This document shows, in pieces, positions 39,207-48,086 of a stretch of DNA of 49,925 nt. The notes under the pieces are model-generated. The model made no database searches and had not been told where the DNA came from. It worked only from the letters and a program-made list of their open reading frames with translations. The stretch lies in contig JASGFZ010000001.1 in the NCBI GenBank assembly GCA_047605345.1, positions 1 through 49,925 on the forward strand, in the 5' to 3' direction. How positions within the stretch are numbered: position 1 is the first letter of the stretch; every line of letters starts with the position of its first letter. This DNA is from Flavihumibacter sp. Its GTDB lineage: Bacteria > Bacteroidota > Bacteroidia > Chitinophagales > Chitinophagaceae. A program made the position numbers and the translations under genes.

Positions 39207-40550
39207 TTAATGGTGTTGAAATGAAACAGCGCTTGTTTGGGCCGACTTACTTACACCCCAGATCGCATACCAGGCTATGAAGGCATAGCAGAGCAGCGGT
39301 ATAAAAAAGCCGGTAGCCATTTTAAAATGATCGGCGAAGAGGCCCATCACCGGCGGACAAAAAGCGCCACCCGCCACAGCCATCACCAGGAAAGAAGAAC
39401 CTTTTTTGGTAAGGGTACCGAGGTCTGCAATACCGAGGGCGAAAATGGTCGGGAACATGATCGACATAAAAAAATACGTGCTGAACAATGCTATCACCGA
39501 CAGCCAGCCGGCATCGGCAATAACCAATGCCACCAGGCAAATATTGATGATCGCATAAACGGCCAGCAGCCGGTGCGGTTTGAAAAACTTCATGAACCAG
39601 GAGCCGGTTAAGCGGCCCACCCAAAAAGCGCCCATACCGCCCACCGCGAGAATAACCGATGCCGCCTGCTCATCGTTTTTCGGCATAAACACCTCGCCAA
39701 ACCAGCCGAGGTGCTGCATCATACCCGAAACAGGTTCGCGCAGGTTGGGGATGGCATCGATCACATAATTGATGAAAAAAGAATTGGTACCGGTTTGCGC
39801 CGCCACGTACAGGAACTGCGCAATTACTGCCACCATGAAAGCTGGGTGTTTGAGCAGGTTGCGCATCGGCGGGTCTTCTTCCGTTTCTATTCCTTTTTCC
39901 TCCTTGATCTCGGGCAGTTTGATCAGCATAAAAACAAAGGCAACGGCCACTACCACCGTACCAATACCCATATAAGGGCGTACCAGCGAATGGAATTTTT
40001 CCCCTTCGGCCGCTTCATCAGCGCCAAAGATCATAAGCCCGCCGATCAGCGGCCCCAGTATCCAGCCGAGGCCATTGAACGACTGCGAAATATTGATCCG
40101 CCGCGCCGCCTGGTCTTTCCCGCCCAATACCGTAGAATACGGATTAGCTGCGGTTTCCAGAAAGGCAAGCCCGCAGGCCAGTACAAAAAGGGCCAGCAAA
40201 AAGGGAATGAATTTTTCCAGCTTCGCCGCCGGGTAAAACAGGAATGCGCCGATGGCAAAAAGCGCCAGCCCGAAAATGATACCGCGCTGGTAGCCGTATT
40301 TTTTGATAAACAGCCCGGCGGGAATCGCCATGGCCAGGTAACCGATGTACAGCGAAAACTGTACAAAGCCGCTTTGCGCTTTCGACACCTGCAGCAGGTC
40401 CTGGAAATGCTTGTCGAGCACATCGAGAAAACCATGCGCAAAGCCCCACATTAAAAAGAGGCTGCAGATAAAAACAAAGGGCACCAGGTAACGGACCCCG
40501 TTTTCTCCCGTGAATAAAGAACCTTTTTTAGCAGGCATATCGTCAGGCAT
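39207..40550 (-). CDS. fucP: L-fucose/D-arabinose:H+ symporter (FHS family MFS)
   Basis: SLFLMWGFAHG, GLAFLETAANPY, RINISQSFNGLG, SIMFPTIFAL and LVMAVAGGA. Confidence 0.88.
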   Translation of the reverse strand: MPDDMPAKKGSLFTGENGVRYLVPFVFICSLFLMWGFAHGFLDVLDKHFQDLLQVSKAQSGFVQFSLYIGYLAMAIPAGLFIKKYGYQRGIIFGLALFAIGAFLFYPAAKLEKFIPFLLALFVLACGLAFLETAANPYSTVLGGKDQAARRINISQSFNGLGWILGPLIGGLMIFGADEAAEGEKFHSLVRPYMGIGTVVVAVAFVFMLIKLPEIKEEKGIETEEDPPMRNLLKHPAFMVAVIAQFLYVAAQTGTNSFFINYVIDAIPNLREPVSGMMQHLGWFGEVFMPKNDEQAASVILAVGGMGAFWVGRLTGSWFMKFFKPHRLLAVYAIINICLVALVIADAGWLSVIALFSTYFFMSIMFPTIFALGIADLGTLTKKGSSFLVMAVAGGAFCPPVMGLFADHFKMATGFFIPLLCYAFIAWYAIWGVSKSAQTSAVSFQHH

Positions 40551-40557
40551 TCAATCG

Positions 40558-42315
40558 TTATTTATAAACAGGTCCGTACACATTGCAGGCGCGGAAATCG
40601 GCCCCTTCGGTGTCCATACCGAAGCTTTTCCAGGCCGACGGGCGGAAGATGCGCTCGTCTTCCACGTTGTGCATCGACACGGGTATGCGCAGCAACGACG
40701 CCAGCGTAATCAGCTGGTCGCCGATATGCCCGTAGCTGATGGCGCCGTGATTGGAGCCCCAGCCGGCCATCACACTGTACACATCGCGGAAAGCGCCCTG
40801 CCCTGTCAGCTTCGGCACAAACCAGGTAGTGGGCCAAATAGGATCCGTACGATCGTCGAGTATATTATGCACCTTATCGGGAAGGCCGATGGTTTCGCCT
40901 TCGGCGATCTGCAGCACCGGGCCCAGGCCTTTTACCAGGTTCAGGCGGCACATGGTAACGGGCATGCCGCCGCGCGAAACGAATTTGGAGCTGAAGCCGC
41001 CGCCGCGCATATAATCCACATTCGAGGGATAGAAACGGGTTGCTTCCAGGCAGTCGGACACTTCCTGCTCACTGACCTCCCAAAAGGGTTTCATCACCGG
41101 CTTGCCGCCGGCCGACTGGCAACCGGTTCCGTCAAGTGTAGCCGAACCTGAATTGATCAGGTGCAGGAAGCCGTTGGCGGCGGGCCCCTCAGGCTGCCAG
41201 CCGCTCACCCTTTTCACGGCATCGGGGCTCCAGTAGGTGCGCACATCGGCGAATATCTGCGCCGTATTGGTAAGCAGGTAACCCAGCAACATGCTGGCGC
41301 CGTTCATCGCATCGTTTTCGGTAGCCACCATTACCGGCGGCCGGATGCCGTTCCAATCGAACGACGAGTTCAGCATGGCTTCGGCAAAATCGCCATTGGG
41401 CTGAAAATCGGTCCACTGCCGCTGCCCCTGGAAGCCCGACACAATGGCGTTGTGACCCAGCGCTTCTTCGCCAAAACCTTTTTCTTTCAACTTGTCATTG
41501 CCGAACATCAGGTCGCGAATGATCATGGTCATCTTTGTTACAAAGGCCCATTGTGCGTCTTTCTGTTCGCGGCTGTATTGTTTTTCTTTCGGGTTGAAAT
41601 CCTCCCCTTCCTTGCAATGCCTGCGCACCCAGTCGAGGGCTTTTTCAAATTCGGTTTCGTCGTATATTTTTTTCTCCACGCGCCGCAATATTTCCGACGA
41701 ATCCACATACTCGGTACGCATGCCCAGGTACGACTGGAAGAAATCGTTGTTAACGATGGAACCGGCAATGCCCATGCTTACCGAGCCGATGGCGAGGTAT
41801 GATTTACCCCGCATCATGGCCACAGCCAGTCCCGCACGGGCAAACGACAGCAGCTTTTCCTCCACATCGGCAGGAATGGCTGCATCACCCATGTCCTGCA
41901 CTTCCCGGCCATAAATGCCGAAGGCGGGCAACCCGAACTGGTTGTGCGCGGCCAGCGTGGCAGCGAGGTAAACGGCGCCCGGCCTTTCCGTTCCGTTGAA
42001 TCCCCAGATGGCTTTGGGCCACAGCGGGTTCATGTCCATGGTTTCACTGCCATAACACCAGCAGGGTGTTACCGACAACGAAACCCCTACATTTTCCCTT
42101 TCGAATTTAGCGGCACAATTACTGGCTTCTTTCACGCCGCCAATGCAGGTGTCGGCGATCACGACCTGCACCGGACTGCCGTCGGGATAGCGAAGGGTGT
42201 TCGTGTACAGCGTGGCAACGGCCCGGGCCATATTCATGGTGGTATCTTCGAGCGATTCACGAATGCCGCCGAGGCGACCGTCGATGATGGGTCGGATTCC
42301 TATGCGTGGAAACAT
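40558..42315 (-). CDS. fucI: L-fucose isomerase / D-arabinose isomerase
   Basis: [60 protein letters not shown] and WGSNHG. Confidence 0.97.
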   Translation of the reverse strand: MFPRIGIRPIIDGRLGGIRESLEDTTMNMARAVATLYTNTLRYPDGSPVQVVIADTCIGGVKEASNCAAKFERENVGVSLSVTPCWCYGSETMDMNPLWPKAIWGFNGTERPGAVYLAATLAAHNQFGLPAFGIYGREVQDMGDAAIPADVEEKLLSFARAGLAVAMMRGKSYLAIGSVSMGIAGSIVNNDFFQSYLGMRTEYVDSSEILRRVEKKIYDETEFEKALDWVRRHCKEGEDFNPKEKQYSREQKDAQWAFVTKMTMIIRDLMFGNDKLKEKGFGEEALGHNAIVSGFQGQRQWTDFQPNGDFAEAMLNSSFDWNGIRPPVMVATENDAMNGASMLLGYLLTNTAQIFADVRTYWSPDAVKRVSGWQPEGPAANGFLHLINSGSATLDGTGCQSAGGKPVMKPFWEVSEQEVSDCLEATRFYPSNVDYMRGGGFSSKFVSRGGMPVTMCRLNLVKGLGPVLQIAEGETIGLPDKVHNILDDRTDPIWPTTWFVPKLTGQGAFRDVYSVMAGWGSNHGAISYGHIGDQLITLASLLRIPVSMHNVEDERIFRPSAWKSFGMDTEGADFRACNVYGPVYK

Positions 42316-42322
42316 ATATTTA

Positions 42323-42355
42323 AGTTTATGGTTTGTCGTTTATGGTTTATGGTTG
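42323..42355. repeat. TGGTTTA-type heptamer tandem repeat overlapping the 3' end of the DUF6786-like gene
   Basis: AGTTTATGGTTTGTCGTTTATGGTTTATGGTT. Confidence 0.7.
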
Positions 42356-43572
42356 GGGATGGCGGAGAGTGATACGCCGAGCAGCTTTTGGGCGATGGCA
42401 TTGAGCTGTTCGGTGCTGCCGGTAAAGTGATAGACATCGTGCCGGTGTTCGATCGACTGGCCGGGCGACAGCGCGGCGGCGGGTGAAACGGATTCTATTT
42501 CGTAAAAGGGGCCCATCTGCGATCCATCGGCCAGCGGGCCATCGTTGTAGGCATTCATGGCGTCGCCGCTGAATACCGGTTTTACCGTATTCCACTCCTG
42601 GTTCAGGTAACGACCCTTGTTATCAACGGTGAAATGGGCGATGGTCAGCACATTGGCCGCTGCATCGTAGCTCCCGGCAAAGGGCAATACCCTTTCGGGA
42701 ACAATACCCAGCTTGCCGCGGCTTTTTCCGTCGGCCTTAAAAAACAGCGCACTATCGGTGATGGTTAACCGATCGGCTGCGATTTCACCAAAATAGTCGG
42801 TGGTGGCTATTTTTCCTTTTTTACCCGGCTTAAAGGGAACGATGATGGTCGTTGCCGGTGAAGGATTGAACATATCCAGTATCCAGATACAGGGCATACC
42901 GCTGGTTTCATTCCAGGCACCTTTGCCTGTATTGGTAAGCGTTTGCCAGGTTTGATAACCCACCAGCCGGATACTGTCGCCGATGCTGACGCCCAATTCT
43001 TTTTCGGCGGTGGCTCTGTCGGTAATGGATATGCGCCGGTTTACTTTCATATCCAGCTGCGCGCCGGTATAATTGGTGAGCTGAATGGTTTTTGAAAGCT
43101 CCACGGAAGCTGCCGACTGGCCGGTTTTTTCCCAGGTTTCGGTATCGATCGACGGATGGGTCTTCCAATGGGCGAATACCATGGAATCGCCTTTCCGGAA
43201 AAAGACGGAGTACTTACCCCCTTCGGGGCCCAGCCAGAAGCGATTCTCACCGCCATAGGCATTCATGTGCTGGTCAACGGGAGCATCGAAAGCCTTGTAG
43301 TTGATCCACCCGAAAGAGGCGCCGTCATCGCCCGCAGCCGCGCTGGTAAACACTTTCGCCTGGTATTTGGGCGATACCAGCACAGCCGCGTCGCCCGATT
43401 GCAACCGCACGAGGTCGCTGTCGTAACGACGCAAAAACTGTTCGTCGTAGCCCAGGCTGCCTTTTGCAAAGACCGGTTTCGTTTCCACTTGTTTTTCTTG
43501 TTTTGGTGCGTTGTTGCAGGAACCGGCCATCAAGGCCGCTATGGTAATTCCCAGCAGGCTGATTTGTTTCAT
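42340..43572 (-). CDS. Uncharacterised lipoprotein, DUF6786-like
   Basis: Lipobox MAGSC; SFGWINY, GGENRFWLGPEGGKYS, YNDGP..DGSQMGPFYEIESVSPA. Confidence 0.75.
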   Translation of the reverse strand: MKQISLLGITIAALMAGSCNNAPKQEKQVETKPVFAKGSLGYDEQFLRRYDSDLVRLQSGDAAVLVSPKYQAKVFTSAAAGDDGASFGWINYKAFDAPVDQHMNAYGGENRFWLGPEGGKYSVFFRKGDSMVFAHWKTHPSIDTETWEKTGQSAASVELSKTIQLTNYTGAQLDMKVNRRISITDRATAEKELGVSIGDSIRLVGYQTWQTLTNTGKGAWNETSGMPCIWILDMFNPSPATTIIVPFKPGKKGKIATTDYFGEIAADRLTITDSALFFKADGKSRGKLGIVPERVLPFAGSYDAAANVLTIAHFTVDNKGRYLNQEWNTVKPVFSGDAMNAYNDGPLADGSQMGPFYEIESVSPAAALSPGQSIEHRHDVYHFTGSTEQLNAIAQKLLGVSLSAIPNHKP

Positions 43573-43595
43573 TTGGCTTCTTTGAATGGATGGCC

Positions 43596-44765
43596 TTAAT
43601 TGACTTCAAGCGCATCTTTTGACGGCAGTGGCGGGAAAGGATTGTGCGGCTCCTTCTGGTACCAGTACGCCACCGTGATGATGTCTGAATGCTGCGGCAG
43701 GTAACGGCCCCCGCTGCGCCAGCCGAGGTCCTGGATGGTCACTTTCAGGTCGCTGTCAAAGCGGATCGGGTCCATAATATGCCAGCGGTACATGCCGAAG
43801 CGCTGCTGCGAACCATAGAGACCGTCGGGACGGGTCACCTGGTGCAGGCCTCTATAGGCAGTGGAAAATTCCTGATAGCGATGCGTGCGCTGGTTTTCGA
43901 AATTATACGAGCCGCAGAAATAATCTTCCGTACCTGTTCCGACAATGGTGGCGTAATCTTTATCGCCGTCCATGAAGAATTTTATTTCTCCCTCACCCCA
44001 CCAGCCGGTATTGGTGGTGCCCAGCCCCATATAAGTACCTACATACTGTCCTTTTCCCTTGATGCCGTCGATAATCGTATGTACGCTCTTGTCGTTGTTC
44101 ACAGCGCTGGAGCGGCGATATTGGGCGTGGAAATAGGCCTCATCGTCGGGTACATCGGTCAGCGTATAATTTACCTGGTAGTATAAACGCATCGGTTCGG
44201 TATCGATGTTCTCCATGGTAATGCGGCATTTTTTGCGGAAGGGCATTTTCCAGTAGCAATTGAAAGCGCTGCCCGGGTTTACCGTTACAGGCAGGCTGTT
44301 CAAGGGTGCATACTGTCCCCAGGCCATGCCGAAGAAAGCCCCTACAGGCGCCTCCACCGAAGGTGTTTTTTCATCGTCCCAATAAAAACGGATGATGCTG
44401 TAATTCCAGTTACCGGTGGGCGTCATCCATATCTGCTGGATGGCGCCGGAGCCTTCTATCTCGGCAATCGTAAATGTTTCCTTGCCGTTGATGATGATAA
44501 AAGGGTTCACTTTCCAGCCCGTACCCAGGTCGCGGGCTTCATTGGCGGCATTCGCTACATTGCGTTTGCCCTTGTCTTTAACAGCGTCGGCCATACCGCC
44601 CTTGCCTTTGCCACCCGAAAAGTTCTCGGGACTGATCGATCTTGTTTTGGCATCTGACACACGCGACAGGTTACCGAGGTTCATATCGAGGCCATTGAAT
44701 TTCTGCTGTGCGAAGGCGGTTCCGGCAAACAGCAAACAGGCAAATAAAAGAAGTCTTCTAAGCAT
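43596..44765 (-). CDS. GH172 (DUF2961) glycoside hydrolase, candidate exo-alpha-D-arabinofuranosidase
   Basis: Signal peptide; TRSISPENFSG.KG.GG, GAIQQIWMT, FNCYWKMPF, WWGEGEIKFFMDGD, GTGTEDYF and YRWHIMDPIRF. Confidence 0.92.
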   Translation of the reverse strand: MLRRLLLFACLLFAGTAFAQQKFNGLDMNLGNLSRVSDAKTRSISPENFSGGKGKGGMADAVKDKGKRNVANAANEARDLGTGWKVNPFIIINGKETFTIAEIEGSGAIQQIWMTPTGNWNYSIIRFYWDDEKTPSVEAPVGAFFGMAWGQYAPLNSLPVTVNPGSAFNCYWKMPFRKKCRITMENIDTEPMRLYYQVNYTLTDVPDDEAYFHAQYRRSSAVNNDKSVHTIIDGIKGKGQYVGTYMGLGTTNTGWWGEGEIKFFMDGDKDYATIVGTGTEDYFCGSYNFENQRTHRYQEFSTAYRGLHQVTRPDGLYGSQQRFGMYRWHIMDPIRFDSDLKVTIQDLGWRSGGRYLPQHSDIITVAYWYQKEPHNPFPPLPSKDALEVN

Positions 44766-44793
44766 AGAAATCGTTTTAGAATGTTTTTAATTA

Positions 44794-44809
44794 GCGCAAA
44801 CGTTTAAGC
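44794..44809. promoter_or_regulatory. LacI-type operator upstream of the GH172-to-GH116 gene run
   Basis: GCgcAAACGTTTaaGC palindrome with central CG, about 30 nt upstream of the GH172 start and next to the lacI gene. Confidence 0.65.
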
Positions 44810-44826
44810 AAACCTTTTAAAAAAAA

Positions 44827-45867
44827 TTATTCACCACAGGAATGTTGCACCACCAGTTTTGCGTCGATCACCAGGTGGGCCGTATCCATTTTCTCTGTAG
44901 TGTTTTTGTCTTTTACCTCCAATTGCTGCATCAGGATGCGTACCGCTTCCTTGCCGATGCGATCGGTACTTTGGTTGATATAGGTTAAGGGGCAATAAAA
45001 GAAATCGAACGCTTCCGTTTCATCAAAACTGATGATGCCAAGGTCATCAGGCACTTTCAGTTTTCTTTTATTGATCTCTTTCAGTCCGTTTATGGCCAGT
45101 GAGTTGGTTGCAAAAAGAAAGGAGTCGGGCCGGTGGTCGGCCTGATCGAGCAGGCGTTGCATGATAGCAGCCACATCGCTGCCGATGTTTTCGTAACTCG
45201 ACTCCATCAAACTGTTTTCATGTACCGGCAGCCCCAGTGATTCCAGCGCTTTCAGAAACCCCTGCTTGCGGTCTTCCATGTGCGGAAGCCTGGTTTTATA
45301 GGCCACCATGGCTATGCGGCGATACCCGCGGCCATGAAGGTGTTTCACTGCCTTGAAAGAAGCCTGGTAGTTATCAATACGAACGGTATTGGCATTAAGG
45401 TCGTTGAAGTACCGGTCGATCAGCACATAGGGAAAGCCCCGGTCAGAAAGCACCTGCAGCTGCGGTGCCGTGTTTTCGGCAGGGGCTATGATCAAACCGT
45501 CTACCTGCCTTTTGATCAGCGTATTGATGAGGGTTTGCGACTTCTCGGCATTTTCGTCAGAGCTGCCGAAGATCACCGTATAATTATTCAGGCTGGCTTC
45601 GTCTTCAATGGTACGGGCAATATTGCTGAAGAACGGGTTGGAGATATCGGCCACGATCAGTCCGATGGTTTTGGTTCGGCCGCTTCGCAGGCTGCGTGCA
45701 ATCAGGTTCGGCTGGTAATTCAATTCACGCGCGGTGCTTCGAACCCGCTCGGCCATTTCCAATCCCACGCGCGCTTCTTTTTCCTTGTTGTTGAGCACAT
45801 AGCTGACCAGCGCAGCCGATACCCCCAGCTTTTTGGCAATGTCTTTTATGGACACTTTTTTCTCCAT
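44827..45867 (-). CDS. LacI-family transcriptional regulator
   Basis: SIKDIAKKLGVSAALVSYVLN HTH, LNYQPNLIARSL, ADISNPFF and VPDDLGIISFD. Confidence 0.96.
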   Translation of the reverse strand: MEKKVSIKDIAKKLGVSAALVSYVLNNKEKEARVGLEMAERVRSTARELNYQPNLIARSLRSGRTKTIGLIVADISNPFFSNIARTIEDEASLNNYTVIFGSSDENAEKSQTLINTLIKRQVDGLIIAPAENTAPQLQVLSDRGFPYVLIDRYFNDLNANTVRIDNYQASFKAVKHLHGRGYRRIAMVAYKTRLPHMEDRKQGFLKALESLGLPVHENSLMESSYENIGSDVAAIMQRLLDQADHRPDSFLFATNSLAINGLKEINKRKLKVPDDLGIISFDETEAFDFFYCPLTYINQSTDRIGKEAVRILMQQLEVKDKNTTEKMDTAHLVIDAKLVVQHSCGE

Positions 45868-45891
45868 TCTTCAAATGTATCAATTACATTT

Positions 45892-46302
45892 TTAGTTGTA
45901 TTGAACTGTTTGCCCCAGCGAATAAATATTGCTGGAATAATTGGGATCGGGATTGATCAACTGCCCGTTGACCTTAACGGTGATGGTATAGGTTTTTTCA
46001 GGATTCGGCACAGCAGCCTCAAAGCTGGTGGGCGCATCAGGCAACATCACCGACGCAACGGTATTTGTTTTCAATCCGATGGTTTCTTTCACCTCTATCA
46101 ATACATTCAGCGGTTGCTGAATTTCGGATGGAACCGTTTTGGGCATGCTCCAGCTCAGGGAAGCCATATTATCCGTTCCCTTGTTCAGCACCAGGTTTTC
46201 CACGCCAGGTAAAAAGAGGTCACGCTTAGGCCGGATGGTTTCTTTCGTGTTGCAGGCCGACAGCAGCAAAACGACCAGTAAAATGATAACACTGTTTTTC
46301 AT
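45892..46302 (-). CDS. Small surface lipoprotein (DUF4945/FN3-like), putative glycan-binding accessory protein
   Basis: Lipobox LLSAC; LPGVENL...LSWSMP beta-sandwich-like pattern; directly downstream of susD. Confidence 0.65.
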   Translation of the reverse strand: MKNSVIILLVVLLLSACNTKETIRPKRDLFLPGVENLVLNKGTDNMASLSWSMPKTVPSEIQQPLNVLIEVKETIGLKTNTVASVMLPDAPTSFEAAVPNPEKTYTITVKVNGQLINPDPNYSSNIYSLGQTVQYN

Positions 46303-46319
46303 CTTGGTTGATTTTTAGG

Positions 46320-48074
46320 TTAATAACCCGGATTCTGCACATACGAACCTTTTGACCAGTTCATTTGCGGTTGCGGTATGGGCAGGTACTCGTCGCGTCC
46401 CGGCAGGAAATGCCCCAGGTTGAACCAGTCGAACCTTGTTTTCTCCTTGTCGATATAGGCATTCATTACCGGCGCGAGCTTGCCCCAGCGAAGCAGGTCG
46501 AAGAAGCGGCGCCCTTCCATGGCCATTTCGAGCCGCGACTCCCACATGAGCGCCTCAAAGGCAAAATCTTTTGTCCAGGTACAGTTCACACCTGGCTGGT
46601 AAAGTGCCAGCTGGAAATTCATCCAGTTACTGCCGTCGGGTTTTTTCAGCCGTGCCGTGCTGTTGGCGGCGCGGGTGCGGATGCGGTTGATGATCGGCAG
46701 CGCTTCATCCTGCCGGTCGAGCTGGATGAGTATTTCGGCCTTCCACAACAGCACTTCGTCGTAACGGATCTCGCGGCGATTCATCGAATTATACGTATAA
46801 AATGGTTTGTAAATACAGTCGCAGTCGGGCGGCACCTGCTCTTTCAGCGAATTGAAGTAGCCATACTGGAAAGGCGCCCTCGATCCTGATTCGTCGAACA
46901 GGAGGTTGTTATCGTATTTCCACGGATAACCCGGAATGCCTACGGTATGCAGAATACGGGGATCAAAGGCATGCGTTTTAAAGAAAGCGACATAGGCATT
47001 GCCGTTCAGATCGGTATTGTTGAAGCCGTTAAAATCAGGCAGTCCGCCGTTATCGGTTTTAAAAGCGTTCACGAGGTTGTGCGATGCCTTGTGAAAATCG
47101 CAGCAGCCATACTTGCCGGCCCACCAGGGAGCATTCAGCTCATTGCCGCGATTGGTTTGCCCGTCAGACCAGTTCTGCGTACCATCACCAATGGAATGCT
47201 GGATTTCCCAAACCGATTCTTTGGTGATATTGTCATATTGCTCCAGGAAGTTATTGGCGAAATCGGGCTCAAGGTCAAACAGCACACCGTCTTTGGCCGT
47301 CAGCACTTCAATATGCTGCAGTGCGCGCTGCAGGGTTTCTTTGTTGATATTGGTCACCTGGTGCGCATCGTTCTGCTCGTAGGCGCGAAACAACAGTGCT
47401 TTGGCGGCAAACGCGTGCGCGGCATACAGGGTAGGACGGCCTTTTTCAGCCTGGGTTTCGGGCAATACAGCAGCGGCGGCTTCAAAGTCGGTAATTATTT
47501 TATCCCACAATTCGAGGTCATTGGCGGTTCCTTCCGGCCGGTTGGAAATGCCTTCCACGATCACCGCGTCGGTGGGCACACTGTCGTCGATCCACGGAAC
47601 ATACTTCCAGCGCAGCTTCATGCCGAAATAGATCCAGCCGCGCAAAAAGCGCATTTCGGCAATACGCTGGTCTTTCAGCGGGAAGTCGGTTGTATTGGAT
47701 TGATTCAGCAGGGTGATGGCGGTATTGGTTCTTCCGATACCGCAATAACCGAGGTACCAGGGGCCATCGTTATTGCCGATATTGGGTGTAACAGCGGTAA
47801 ATATTTCCATTTCGTACCAGGGCGTTTGGTCGTTGAGACCGCCGCCGCCTTTATAGGCATCATCAGAGCGTACGCTTTGGATCCAGGGATTGTGCGTGGT
47901 ACCAAATCCCAGGCCGGGCATAAGAGAATACGCTGCAATAACAAAATTTTCGAGCTGGTCTTTCACCTGGGCTTCCGACAATACCGCTTTGGGCTCTACG
48001 CTGAGCATTTTACTGCAACCCGAACCAAGGGCAGCCAGTGCGAAGGCGATGGGTAAAATATAAGATCGTTTCAT
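46320..48074 (-). CDS. RagB/SusD-family nutrient-binding lipoprotein
   Basis: Lipobox LGSGC; RSDDAYKGG, AEMRFLRGW, IRYDEVLLWKAE, INRIRTRA, ELAMEGRRFFDLLRWG and QNPGY. Confidence 0.96.
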   Translation of the reverse strand: MKRSYILPIAFALAALGSGCSKMLSVEPKAVLSEAQVKDQLENFVIAAYSLMPGLGFGTTHNPWIQSVRSDDAYKGGGGLNDQTPWYEMEIFTAVTPNIGNNDGPWYLGYCGIGRTNTAITLLNQSNTTDFPLKDQRIAEMRFLRGWIYFGMKLRWKYVPWIDDSVPTDAVIVEGISNRPEGTANDLELWDKIITDFEAAAAVLPETQAEKGRPTLYAAHAFAAKALLFRAYEQNDAHQVTNINKETLQRALQHIEVLTAKDGVLFDLEPDFANNFLEQYDNITKESVWEIQHSIGDGTQNWSDGQTNRGNELNAPWWAGKYGCCDFHKASHNLVNAFKTDNGGLPDFNGFNNTDLNGNAYVAFFKTHAFDPRILHTVGIPGYPWKYDNNLLFDESGSRAPFQYGYFNSLKEQVPPDCDCIYKPFYTYNSMNRREIRYDEVLLWKAEILIQLDRQDEALPIINRIRTRAANSTARLKKPDGSNWMNFQLALYQPGVNCTWTKDFAFEALMWESRLEMAMEGRRFFDLLRWGKLAPVMNAYIDKEKTRFDWFNLGHFLPGRDEYLPIPQPQMNWSKGSYVQNPGY

Positions 48075-48086
48075 GACTAACAGACT

